Virus record (IMG/VR): IMGVR_UViG_2693429768_000005
Direction: 5' to 3' (one strand)
Length of the DNA stretch: 55,692 bases
From: a virus
Lineage: Duplodnaviria; Heunggongvirae; Uroviricota; Caudoviricetes
The notes under the pieces were generated by a model. That model was not told where the DNA came from, did no database searches, and saw only the letters and a program-made list of their open reading frames with translations. Numbering within the stretch: position 1 is the first letter of the stretch; the number at the start of each line of letters is the position of its first letter. The position numbers and the translations under genes were made by a program. This document shows positions 9,883 through 18,425 of the stretch, piece by piece.

Positions 9883-10413
9883 TTAACTTACAACGTCAAG
9901 GGCGTCTCTGTTGTTGCTTGTGTCTATGCCTAACGACCCGACATTTGAACCTATTTTCATTTCACCCAACAGGATCGGCACTGGTCTACCCTGGCCTACC
10001 TTGTTTTCAACGCTGGTGTATGTGTTGTTAGATATGGTGTTATCTTGTGCGCTTTCTGCTGATGTTTTTATCTTCATGTTGCGTGACATAAAGATCGAGA
10101 ACGCAACGCTAACAACCGAAACACCGATCAAAATCCAGCCTACAACGCCAATCCCCGCAATACCGCCTTCCACCACTGGCGCAACAATGACGGTAGTCCC
10201 GTCCGGGTATTTACTGTTAACCGCTGCGGGCGCGGTCTTTTCGTCATAATCTTTTCCGGCAATTCGCAAGCGCAACGGGGTGCTTAAAAACGCCTTCTTG
10301 AACTCATGATTCTGTGCAACCAGCAAGCCAAGTCCCTGCGCTGGTGTATCAACGTTTAAACACACTTTGCCGTAATATCTTCGAAGATTGCCCGTAAATC
10401 TAAACTTGAGCAT
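9883..10413 (-). CDS. I: tail tip assembly protein I
   Basis: 176 aa; similarity to lambda gpI (ILLGEMKIGS, Gly/Ala-rich hydrophobic core); position after K. Confidence 0.8.
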   Translation of the reverse strand: MLKFRFTGNLRRYYGKVCLNVDTPAQGLGLLVAQNHEFKKAFLSTPLRLRIAGKDYDEKTAPAAVNSKYPDGTTVIVAPVVEGGIAGIGVVGWILIGVSVVSVAFSIFMSRNMKIKTSAESAQDNTISNNTYTSVENKVGQGRPVPILLGEMKIGSNVGSLGIDTSNNRDALDVVS

Positions 10414-11087
10414 TTGTCAGATCTCCATATTGAATTGGTCTGTCGAACATACGCGGGCCGCATTTGCTCGCGGCGGCTTAACAGTCCGGCATTGTCATGA
10501 TGCAAAACAGTGTTATCGCCCAGGTAAATCATCGCGTGGCATGGGTCAGCGCCTTTAAACGGCTGACGGATAATCACGTCACCGGGCTGAATGCTTTGCG
10601 CGTCAACCATGAAAAACCCGTTCAATGGCAGGTTCTTTATGTACAGGTTTTCCCCACGCAGCCACCACCCGTCGTGTCGTTCAAAGTCAGGCAGATCCAC
10701 GCCGCATAGGTGATAGGCGTCACGGAAAAGTGAATAACAGTCTGTTTTCCCGTGCTCAAATTTACGGCCTAACAGGTGCGCCACCGGGCGGAATTTTCTC
10801 ACCCTGCCACCGGAACACAAAAACCACGGCAGGCCGGAAATAACCTGCTGTTGTCGATCCCGCGCTGACAATACCAATGAATTGTCAGTATGGGAGTGAA
10901 AAACGGCTGTTATAACGCCTAATTCGTCAGCTTTGATATAATCGTCAGGCGAGATTTTAAAGCTGTTGTGCGGCGTTTCAGACGCGTTTAAACATGGGTA
11001 AAAATAATCGTTATCTATCACCAGCCCGCAGACTTCCTCGCGCGGATGGGCTGCGGCATAGCGAATCATTTTATCTTCAAGTGCCAT
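10356..11087 (-). CDS. K: tail assembly protein K (JAB/MPN plus NlpC/P60-like)
   Basis: lambda gpK-like (HSH...D motif, Cys-His region); start set at ATG overlapping the L stop (TGATTATG). Confidence 0.8.
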   Translation of the reverse strand: MALEDKMIRYAAAHPREEVCGLVIDNDYFYPCLNASETPHNSFKISPDDYIKADELGVITAVFHSHTDNSLVLSARDRQQQVISGLPWFLCSGGRVRKFRPVAHLLGRKFEHGKTDCYSLFRDAYHLCGVDLPDFERHDGWWLRGENLYIKNLPLNGFFMVDAQSIQPGDVIIRQPFKGADPCHAMIYLGDNTVLHHDNAGLLSRREQMRPAYVRQTNSIWRSDKCSSLDLRAIFEDITAKCV

Positions 11088-11089
11088 AA

Positions 11090-11794
11090 TCAACCCACCT
11101 TGCTCGATCCTGGGAAACATGAAATTGGTAACGGATTAGGGCGCGGGAAACGCAAACGACAACCGCTCAGGCGGTGGCTGCATTTATCCAGCTTTGGATC
11201 GCTGGTCGATTCGTCTTTATCTGTAGCTACAGGGCCGCCACTGTATCCGCAACCGTCGCCCCGGTATTGCCACTGGCAAACGTCAGCAAGGATTGTGCGC
11301 CCAGGAATAACCGCCTTGTCAGCATCAATTGGCGTTGACAGTTCATACTGCACCTGGTCGGCTGTTTCTTCGCTCATCGCCTCAACGACGTAAAAAGATA
11401 CAGCCTCGATAGATGGATCTGCATCCGGGTTGCCGTTGGGGAAATTAACGGCGTCCAGGTATTTTACTTCCACCTGGCGGCGCGTAACCTTCATTCCTCG
11501 CAGGTCGTTAAAATCGTTGTTCATCCCGGTGATTAGCCCGCCAATGTTGGCTACTACCATTTGCGGGCGCGAGTAAACGCCTTCGTTTTTCATTTCGAAG
11601 CCAGTAGCCTCGATTGGGTAGCTGTTGTAAGTCACTCCCTTCCAGATAACCGGGCCGTAATAACCATTCGCGCCGGAATGGAAGCGGATAACCTCGCCAC
11701 CCAGGGGTGTGAGGTCTAATTCAAACAGGTCAATTACCGCGCCGACTCCGGCATCGACGGAATCAATAATCATTTCTGTAGGTATGCTGCGCAT
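11090..11794 (-). CDS. L: minor tail protein L
   Basis: 234 aa; aligns to lambda gpL (LDAVNF.NGN..ADP, C-terminal Cys cluster CxW.YRGD.CGY). Confidence 0.85.
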   Translation of the reverse strand: MRSIPTEMIIDSVDAGVGAVIDLFELDLTPLGGEVIRFHSGANGYYGPVIWKGVTYNSYPIEATGFEMKNEGVYSRPQMVVANIGGLITGMNNDFNDLRGMKVTRRQVEVKYLDAVNFPNGNPDADPSIEAVSFYVVEAMSEETADQVQYELSTPIDADKAVIPGRTILADVCQWQYRGDGCGYSGGPVATDKDESTSDPKLDKCSHRLSGCRLRFPRPNPLPISCFPGSSKVG

Positions 11795-11892
11795 TTTATC
11801 ACCTTGTCATTTTGTGATCGCCATCACGCTAAATCATGCCAAAACGGTTGATCGCGTTTTTTACAATATGTATATTGTACTCAAAAGGAAGC

Positions 11893-12078
11893 ATGGTTAA
11901 CAAAATGGCGCGGAGGTGTGAAATGGATGATAAGGTGTGGAGGTTGGCGGTGTTCCTTGCGGATGGCAGGAAAATGACTGTGGCCCTGTATAAAGATGAA
12001 GGCGAGGCACTTACCGACGCGCTCTTACTCGCTGAAGACGAACGCGTTTTGGGGTACAGAATCGAACCTGTCAAATGA
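11893..12078 (+). CDS. hypothetical moron protein
   Basis: ORF on opposite strand to tail operon, SD-like AAGGAAG before ATG; part of cassette with own terminator. Confidence 0.35.
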   Translation: MVNKMARRCEMDDKVWRLAVFLADGRKMTVALYKDEGEALTDALLLAEDERVLGYRIEPVK

Positions 12079-12090
12079 GAGGTTAACGAA

Positions 12091-12438
12091 ATGCAAAAAT
12101 ATAGTCTTGATGTGTGGTTAAGTGGTTGCAAGGAGTGTTTCGGATTATTTGATAGCGAAGAGGCAGCTTTGGAAGAAGGAAGGATTCTTGAATGTAGTTT
12201 AGGCCATCCAGTGAAATATGCCGCTAATCCGGTGCAGATAATTGATGAGGTGGAAAACATGAATCCGAAAGATATTAACTTTAACGTCAATGTTGAATTT
12301 GCTGATTCTATGGATCAGTCTTGCCCTGGTGAAATACACGCAAAAGGTTTCCCGGCAGACGATCCGCAAGCAAAACGCGAATACGAAAAAGCTGCGAAAG
12401 ACTTCTGTATCGACAATTTGTCTGCGTTCGATAAATAA
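12091..12438 (+). CDS. hypothetical moron protein (115 aa, Cys-containing, acidic)
   Basis: ORF with GAGAGG SD; no recognisable domain. Confidence 0.4.
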   Translation: MQKYSLDVWLSGCKECFGLFDSEEAALEEGRILECSLGHPVKYAANPVQIIDEVENMNPKDINFNVNVEFADSMDQSCPGEIHAKGFPADDPQAKREYEKAAKDFCIDNLSAFDK

Positions 12439-12447
12439 GGCGACAAC

Positions 12448-12696
12448 ATGGGGCGGCGCAATCACGGTGATTATGTGTACACGTTGAAACAGGCCGCCCG
12501 CCTCGTTGGTTATCATGAACACGAATTTATTGATTTGCTGATTGAGCGCGGGATACTGTACCAGGTATGTTTAACGCTGTACCCTAAAGCGAAATATCTA
12601 CAGGAAAAGTTATTCATCATCATGACGGATGAAAACCAGGTTAATCATTCATTCGTCACGGATAAGGGCGTTAATTATCTGCGTGATAACTTATAG
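12448..12696 (+). CDS. hypothetical moron protein (82 aa, possible HTH)
   Basis: ORF following previous with 9-bp gap; segment LKQAARLVGYHEHEFIDLLIERGIL resembles a DNA-binding helix pair. Confidence 0.4.
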   Translation: MGRRNHGDYVYTLKQAARLVGYHEHEFIDLLIERGILYQVCLTLYPKAKYLQEKLFIIMTDENQVNHSFVTDKGVNYLRDNL

Positions 12697-12706
12697 GTGA
12701 CAGGTT

Positions 12707-12823
12707 ATGAAAATAGAAGTTTTGGCGCTAATAATAATGGGATTGATAGTATTTGGCGTTCATGCTGTAGATCTGGACTGGAAAACGATAGCGGAAAATA
12801 TAGCATTAATGGAAATGGAATAA
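12707..12823 (+). CDS. small single-helix membrane peptide (38 aa)
   Basis: ATG after AGGTGA; MKIEVLALIIMGLIVFGVHAV...; just upstream of terminator. Confidence 0.35.
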   Translation: MKIEVLALIIMGLIVFGVHAVDLDWKTIAENIALMEME

Positions 12824-12827
12824 TAAT

Positions 12828-12860
12828 AACCCCGCTTCGCGCGGGGTCGTGTTTATACGC
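12828..12860. terminator. bidirectional rho-independent terminator
   Basis: CCCCGCTTCGCGCGCGGGG hairpin with T-rich tracts on both strands; ends plus-strand moron and the minus-strand M unit. Confidence 0.55.
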
Positions 12861-13050
12861 CATCAACCAAAAATAAAACCTCCTTCCCTTCCCGGGATCT
12901 ACACCCCACGTACCCATCGCCAACGTCGTGAAGATACCATATATCGCCGTTGTCAGCTTTTACAGTAAGGTCGTTGATCTCATAGTCGTCAAACAATGTA
13001 AAAGCGTAAGTTTTGTCAACTACACAAGTCCCGTACATATCAACCCCCAT
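12853..13050 (-). CDS. hypothetical protein (65 aa) downstream of M
   Basis: ORF starting at the M stop; no domain recognised. Confidence 0.35.
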   Translation of the reverse strand: MGVDMYGTCVVDKTYAFTLFDDYEINDLTVKADNGDIWYLHDVGDGYVGCRSREGKEVLFLVDGV

Positions 13051-13403
13051 TAGCCGACAACTTGTTCAAACGTTGCGTTTAGCGTGTACACAGGCCCGTC
13101 TTTAGTCATGCTCCAGCTACGGCAAACAAAAAGCCTTTGCACGTTATCCATCGACGGCGTCCAGTAGAAAGCCTCGACAGCGCCGCGCGCCCTCAAAAAT
13201 GCTTCAGCCTGGATCGCCACGTTTCCACCATCACCACATCCCGCGCTACTGCCTTTGAAAACCAGGGTATAGCTATCAAGCAACGTGTTAATCCCTTTTG
13301 CCTGCCTTTGTTCATAGTTGTCGCCAAGTTTAATCACAGAAACGTTAGGTTCTCTCGTTACCGTGTAGCTTCTTTGTGGTTTCCATATAAAAACTTCTGG
13401 CAT
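13050..13403 (-). CDS. M: minor tail protein M
   Basis: C-terminus ...FYWTP...TFEQVVG resembles lambda gpM (...FLWTP...EFEQVVN); start set at internal ATG. Confidence 0.75.
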   Translation of the reverse strand: MPEVFIWKPQRSYTVTREPNVSVIKLGDNYEQRQAKGINTLLDSYTLVFKGSSAGCGDGGNVAIQAEAFLRARGAVEAFYWTPSMDNVQRLFVCRSWSMTKDGPVYTLNATFEQVVG

Positions 13404-13416
13404 AATACCCACCTCA

Positions 13417-13890
13417 TTACTTGCCGTGATTTTCAAAATATCCATAGCGCAATTCGGCTTCTTTCCTTGCGGCTATGGCGTCACCTACATTTGAATATCG
13501 CCCTACAGCTATTTGCTTCCCGTGGTCGTATATTCTTACAACCCACTTATTGCGCGCCTTATCCCAAGAAATGCCGTTTAATCCGCTTTTATTTGTGCTG
13601 CGCAATGATTGATTCACTGCGTTACCTCTATGTGTAACTAGTCGTAAGTTTTCGATTGCGTTATTTAGTCTGTTGTGATCGATGTGGTCTACCTCCATTC
13701 CTTCTGGTATCGAGCCGTTGTGCATTTCCCATATGATGCGATGCACTTTATGACTCCTGCCGTTAGCCCACACCCGCAAGTATCCATCCGAAGTAAGGCC
13801 ACCCGCGCGATCACCAGCGTGATGCTGGGAGTTTTTTGTCTTCCAATAAATTTCACCTTCTTGATAGTGGAAAATGTCGTTCCAGTTCAT
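13417..13890 (-). CDS. HNH homing-type endonuclease with AP2 DNA-binding domain
   Basis: 157 aa; motifs HRIIWEMHNGSIPEGMEVDHIDHNRLNN (HNH) and GISWDKARNKWVVRI...AVGRY...AIAARKEAE (AP2-like). Confidence 0.8.
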   Translation of the reverse strand: MNWNDIFHYQEGEIYWKTKNSQHHAGDRAGGLTSDGYLRVWANGRSHKVHRIIWEMHNGSIPEGMEVDHIDHNRLNNAIENLRLVTHRGNAVNQSLRSTNKSGLNGISWDKARNKWVVRIYDHGKQIAVGRYSNVGDAIAARKEAELRYGYFENHGK

Positions 13891-13917
13891 AACTTCACTC
13901 TCATAAGTTACATATTG

Positions 13918-13955
13918 TATACATCTTTACGCGTTTCTACGCGAAAAATGAGAAA
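13918..13955. repeat. 34-bp conserved element, copy 1 (tandem TACGCG repeats)
   Basis: ATACATCTTTACGCGTTTCTACGCGAAAAATGAGAAA; near-identical copy at 26524-26560. Confidence 0.5.
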
Positions 13956-14061
13956 TTCATCACAAGAATTATAACCAGTTTACAAAATGGCTTCACATAA
14001 GGCGTGACAAGATGTATATAGTAAGCAAGAAGAAAAAGCAGTACCGACAAAGGGGGACAAT

Positions 14062-14217
14062 ATGGAACGCTATGTGGTTGTGATGCTGAACAAAGCATTC
14101 GAACAGGTGGAAGTTGCGATTGTGAAGGGCTTTGATGATGCATTCAAATACGGTCAATTCATGATGAATGCGAAGGAAAACGAGTACCGTGATTTCTTCC
14201 TGAAAGTGGTCAACTAA
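14062..14217 (+). CDS. hypothetical moron protein (51 aa)
   Basis: ATG after AAAGGGGGACAAT; opposite strand to tail operon. Confidence 0.35.
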   Translation: MERYVVVMLNKAFEQVEVAIVKGFDDAFKYGQFMMNAKENEYRDFFLKVVN

Positions 14218-14235
14218 TGGATTGTGGGGTGTGTT

Positions 14236-14490
14236 ATGAAATTGGTGGCGATTGGTAAAAACTTGAAAGCACAGAAAAACGCACAGGACCGGATCATCAA
14301 AAAGGGCAAGGCTTTATTAAATGCTTTCCTGAGAAAAGAGGCCACCCCCAAAAAATTACGCGATGGCTACGGTTATAAATTTGATATTAACCCCGACTGG
14401 CGGTTATTCAGCGAAGATTTAAAGGCGTGGTTAATTATCGACCATCTGGAATATAACAGACACTGTGGGGTTAAAGGGGCGCATAAGTAA
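14236..14490 (+). CDS. hypothetical moron protein (84 aa, basic)
   Basis: ATG after GGGGTG; followed by terminator. Confidence 0.4.
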   Translation: MKLVAIGKNLKAQKNAQDRIIKKGKALLNAFLRKEATPKKLRDGYGYKFDINPDWRLFSEDLKAWLIIDHLEYNRHCGVKGAHK

Positions 14491-14598
14491 GGCGGGCATG
14501 AAGGGCGATAAATTCACCCGGCGGGGAACTGGAATGTTTGACAGGTAATTTTGGATAGGGTGTATCGCGCGGAATGGTTGTTTATAAATACGAAAATA

Positions 14599-14635
14599 GC
14601 CCCGGCATTGTACCGGGGTTTGGTTTATTTGCGGC
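14599..14635. terminator. bidirectional rho-independent terminator between moron and tape-measure gene
   Basis: CCCCGG-cattgta-CCGGGG hairpin with TTTGGTTTATTT on plus and T-rich tract on minus. Confidence 0.6.
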
Positions 14636-17600
14636 GAGGTTGCAACATTCCTCCCGGTCTGGATGATTCGCGGTGTATCAGGCCCATACAGATCTTTTCC
14701 ATATCCTGCTGTAGTTTTTTGGCGTCCTCATCACTCCATCCATTTTGTGGGTAAACACTAATCGGTGCGTTTATACTAACGTTACCGCCGCCCGCACCAC
14801 CAATGTCGCGATTTGATATTATCCTGCCGTTGTCACCCGGAATCATGTACTGCTCGCCGTTTCGAGATTGGAAGATCTCTGGCTTGCCGTGCTCGCCAAC
14901 CCTATAAAGATTGCCGCCATTAACCGCGCCGCCGTTATAGCGAGCACCCGCCAGGCCAAGCGCTTTTGCCCCAGCTAATCCGGTAGCCATCGCCGCTGAC
15001 CCCGCCGTCGCTGCGCCGCCCATTGTTGCCACGCTTGCCAGGTATGCCGGGGTGGACCATGCAGAACTTAACGCCACCGCCTCGCCCATTGCCTTTGCTG
15101 TTGCGGCGGCACTGGCAGCCTCCCCTATTAATTGCTGCTTGACCCATTCAGCGCCCATCTGAACAAGCGTACCGATCACGGATGACAGAATTGTATTGCC
15201 AATGTTAGCAAGCGCCTGTTGCCAACTCTGAGTGCCGTTAACCAGTCCGACAAGCGCGTTTGTTGCGGAACCACTCATTGCATCAACAGTATCACCTAAC
15301 AATTGGTTGCTCATTGACTGCGCTTTATATCGTTCCCATTCAAGGGAAAGCATTTCCTGTGCGTGCGCTTTTTCTTGCTCCCTCATATATTGCTCGGTAG
15401 CGCCTAAATCGGTAAGCATTTGTTTGCGAACAGCCCATTCGTTTTGCGCCTGCTGGATTGGGTCTACCTGCCCGCGCACTTGTAGCTCTTTGTTTACCAG
15501 ATTATCCCAGCTAGCCTGACGTTTGCGTTGTTCCTCGGTTCCAATTAATTCTTTCCATGCCTTATTGTATTGTTCCGCGCTTATTTTCCCGCTTTTAAGT
15601 GCGGCGTTTAGCGCCTCCTGATCCTCTTTTAATTTCCGTTGTGCTGCAGCTTCTACGTTGTATTTGTCTGCAACATTCTGGCCCCGCTTCTCAAGCTCTT
15701 TGCGCAGGCGTTCAGCCTCTTTTAGACGTTTTTTCTCCTCGCTTTCCCCATGACTGGCCTTTCTTTCAGCTTCGGCGCGTTTCTGCTCGGTGTCGTATGC
15801 TTTGGTCATTGTAGCCATGTATTTTTCATACGCTTCCCCGGTCAGGTTTGCTTTCTCAGCCTCACGCTTAAACCCATCAATCGCCTTTTCCCTGCTGGCT
15901 GTTTTGGAGTCGAGTTTTGCCAGTTCCAGGCGGCGGTTTGCCAGATCCATTAGCTCTTGCTGATCTGCGTTAAGTGCGGCTGAAGCGTGTTGCGTTGCTG
16001 CTGCTGCGCGTTCTGCTTCTGTGGTGATTCTTCCGTATGCGTCTGCCACCAACCCTAATGAAGTGGCAAGGGTCTTCATTAGCGGATCTGTATCCTGCAT
16101 AAGCAAAATATATTTGCGCTGCATTTGATTAAGGCGGTCGAGAATATCCTCACGCTGCGCCTCTTCCCTGGTCAGGCGGGCTGTGATTTCCTGATTAGCT
16201 TTCGATAGGTTGGCGTAAGCGCGTGACCCCTCCTCTGCTTTCTCCAGTGCCTGTTTATTCAGCTCTAGCGCCTGCGTGTCCTGGTCAATCTGTTTGTTGA
16301 GACTGACAACGTCTTCCTCTAACTGACCCATTGATATTTGTAGTTTATCTGCGCCAGCCAGTTTAGCCGCCTTGCTCATTCGCTCCAGTGATTCGGTACT
16401 AACATCCACTGAATCAGCAAGGTTGCGGTTTGCCTCTGCCGTTTGATCTACGTGATCTACATATGCTGTCAACCCGTAAACAGCAAGCATTAACGCGCCA
16501 GGGATACCACCAATCGCGCCCAGAGTAGCGCTAAATGCTGTTTTTAGTAGTCCCGCATTAGTCGCCGCCGCAGTGTGGGCCGCAGCAAGGCGCTGCTCTG
16601 CCGCAGTAAGGGCGTTTGATGCCGCCGTGTTCTGTGCTTTGGCTACAGCCAATTCTTTCAGCGTCTGAACTTCGAATTTTGTTCCGGCGTTTGCCGCAGC
16701 ATAAGCCTGCGCCTCTCTCAGCCTTGCCGCCGCCGCCGCTGCTGATTGCCGTGCTGATACCACCTGAGCGTTAGCTAGCGCCAATTCACTCTGAGCGGCC
16801 TGCCGTGCCGCTGCCGTTTGTGCCCTGGTTGCCTGAGCGTTAGTTAATGCCTCTGCTGTTGCAGCTACGAATTTATTTACCACTCTGCCACCCATCACAG
16901 TGGCAAGGCCAATAAATGCAGTAGCTATTTCGTTAAGGTTTTCTGACAGGGTTACAACTGCCGAATTAAAAGCACCAATCCCGCCCATAATTGACGAATT
17001 GCTGCCGAAAAATTTAGCTGCGTTGTTGCCTGCAACAGTGAAAGCCTCCTGCATAGTTGGGGTGAGTTTAGAAAACTCAGCATCAACCTCCGCTTTCATT
17101 TCCTTAAGGGCTTTAATGATAGCTTCACGGGTGATCTTCCCTTCTGCTGCCATCTTGCGCATTTCTGCCGACGATACGCCCAATGATTTAGCCAAACCCT
17201 CTGACAGCCTGGTAGCGTTTTCTGTAACGGAGTTAAATTCATCGCCATTCAAAACACCTTTGGCGAGGGATTGACCCAACTGACGGATCCCGCCTTCTGC
17301 TTCAGCGGCAGAAGCGCCAGAAATGCGGAATGTTTTGTTAATGGTTTCAACCATATCACCAAGTGCTTGCGTCGATAAACCAGCGTCGCGCGTCGAGCGC
17401 TCTAATTTACCGTAAAGATCTGCCGTAGCATCAAGATCGCTTCGTGAATTTTGCGCGATCTGAAATACACGCTGATTAACGTCTGCCAGTGATTCACCAG
17501 CACGAACGCTATTGATTAGCCTGTTATTCACCTCCTGCCAGGCGTTTGCATACTCAATGATTTTTTTTGCTGCCATTGCAGCACCCAGGGCACTGGCAAT

Positions 17601-17768
17601 CGAGGATAGCTTTGACAGTGACTTACTTGCCTGAGTGGCGGCACTATCCACGCGCTCCAAATCCTTTTCCATTTTGCCAGTTGCGCGATCTACCTCGCGC
17701 TGAACAGTCAGAAGCTGACCCGTTTTTGCATCAACCTCGTAATAAATTGTGCCTAAATTTGTTGACAT
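14625..17768 (-). CDS. H: tail tape measure protein
   Basis: 1047 aa, Ala/Gln-rich coiled-coil-like protein upstream of M-L-K-I-J; typical tape-measure composition. Confidence 0.9.
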   Translation of the reverse strand: MSTNLGTIYYEVDAKTGQLLTVQREVDRATGKMEKDLERVDSAATQASKSLSKLSSIASALGAAMAAKKIIEYANAWQEVNNRLINSVRAGESLADVNQRVFQIAQNSRSDLDATADLYGKLERSTRDAGLSTQALGDMVETINKTFRISGASAAEAEGGIRQLGQSLAKGVLNGDEFNSVTENATRLSEGLAKSLGVSSAEMRKMAAEGKITREAIIKALKEMKAEVDAEFSKLTPTMQEAFTVAGNNAAKFFGSNSSIMGGIGAFNSAVVTLSENLNEIATAFIGLATVMGGRVVNKFVAATAEALTNAQATRAQTAAARQAAQSELALANAQVVSARQSAAAAAARLREAQAYAAANAGTKFEVQTLKELAVAKAQNTAASNALTAAEQRLAAAHTAAATNAGLLKTAFSATLGAIGGIPGALMLAVYGLTAYVDHVDQTAEANRNLADSVDVSTESLERMSKAAKLAGADKLQISMGQLEEDVVSLNKQIDQDTQALELNKQALEKAEEGSRAYANLSKANQEITARLTREEAQREDILDRLNQMQRKYILLMQDTDPLMKTLATSLGLVADAYGRITTEAERAAAATQHASAALNADQQELMDLANRRLELAKLDSKTASREKAIDGFKREAEKANLTGEAYEKYMATMTKAYDTEQKRAEAERKASHGESEEKKRLKEAERLRKELEKRGQNVADKYNVEAAAQRKLKEDQEALNAALKSGKISAEQYNKAWKELIGTEEQRKRQASWDNLVNKELQVRGQVDPIQQAQNEWAVRKQMLTDLGATEQYMREQEKAHAQEMLSLEWERYKAQSMSNQLLGDTVDAMSGSATNALVGLVNGTQSWQQALANIGNTILSSVIGTLVQMGAEWVKQQLIGEAASAAATAKAMGEAVALSSAWSTPAYLASVATMGGAATAGSAAMATGLAGAKALGLAGARYNGGAVNGGNLYRVGEHGKPEIFQSRNGEQYMIPGDNGRIISNRDIGGAGGGNVSINAPISVYPQNGWSDEDAKKLQQDMEKICMGLIHRESSRPGGMLQPRRK

Positions 17769-17925
17769 GATTTAACCTCATACAAAATGTGATCTATGCC
17801 TCTATTTTATACAAAATGGATTTACCTCAGTGAACACATTTTGTATAAAGAAGCCAAAGGAAAGGGATAGAGCGAAGGGACTTAAAAGGCCGGATTGACC
17901 GGAGGAAGCAAAAGAGGATAAGAAA

Positions 17926-18015
17926 ATGAAAAACGTAAACTACCACCCCAACGAACATGAGCGCTATGCTGACTTTATCGAGCAAATGTTAAAAGCGCTG
18001 AAAAACAAAAACTAA
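17926..18015 (+). CDS. hypothetical mini-protein (29 aa)
   Basis: ATG after AAAGAGGATAAG; first ORF of plus-strand cassette. Confidence 0.3.
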   Translation: MKNVNYHPNEHERYADFIEQMLKALKNKN

Positions 18016-18027
18016 GCGGGGTGAAAT

Positions 18028-18387
18028 ATGAAAAGTCTGGCAAAAATCTTAATCGTGGCGGTACTTGCAGGAGTTGCGCTTAATGCTAATGCTGAGCACT
18101 CTCCGTCCGCAAAATACATACTTCGTGAATGTGCGCATAATGCTCAGTTGTACGATATAAAGCATGGTGACGGTAATGGTGATCTGGAAATGCCATTTAA
18201 CGTTGGCTGTATTCATTACGCAATGAAGCCAGTATTAGAAAAAACCGCTGAATGGAAAGATCTTAATAGCAAGTACAATGAATTAAAAGAGGCGGCAAAA
18301 AACAATAAAGCGTCACTAAATGCGTTTAAGGATGGCGAGTCTTATGGTGTAAACGTGGCCCACAGAGTTGATGCGTATTTCAACTAA
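18028..18387 (+). CDS. secreted (signal-peptide) protein of unknown function
   Basis: 119 aa; N-terminal MKSLAKILIVAVLAGVALNANA-EH signal peptide; own terminator downstream. Confidence 0.5.
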   Translation: MKSLAKILIVAVLAGVALNANAEHSPSAKYILRECAHNAQLYDIKHGDGNGDLEMPFNVGCIHYAMKPVLEKTAEWKDLNSKYNELKEAAKNNKASLNAFKDGESYGVNVAHRVDAYFN

Positions 18388-18394
18388 CACAGAA

Positions 18395-18425
18395 TTTTAG
18401 AGGCCCGGCTAATCCCGGGCTTTTT
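18395..18425 (+). terminator. rho-independent terminator
   Basis: GCCCGG-ctaat-CCCGGGC hairpin followed by TTTTTCTT. Confidence 0.55.

Noticed and set aside
14935-17274. Several ORFs on both strands inside the tape-measure gene
   Set aside because: Embedded in or antisense to a 1047-aa tape-measure ORF; Ala/Arg-rich artefacts of GC-rich repetitive coding sequence.
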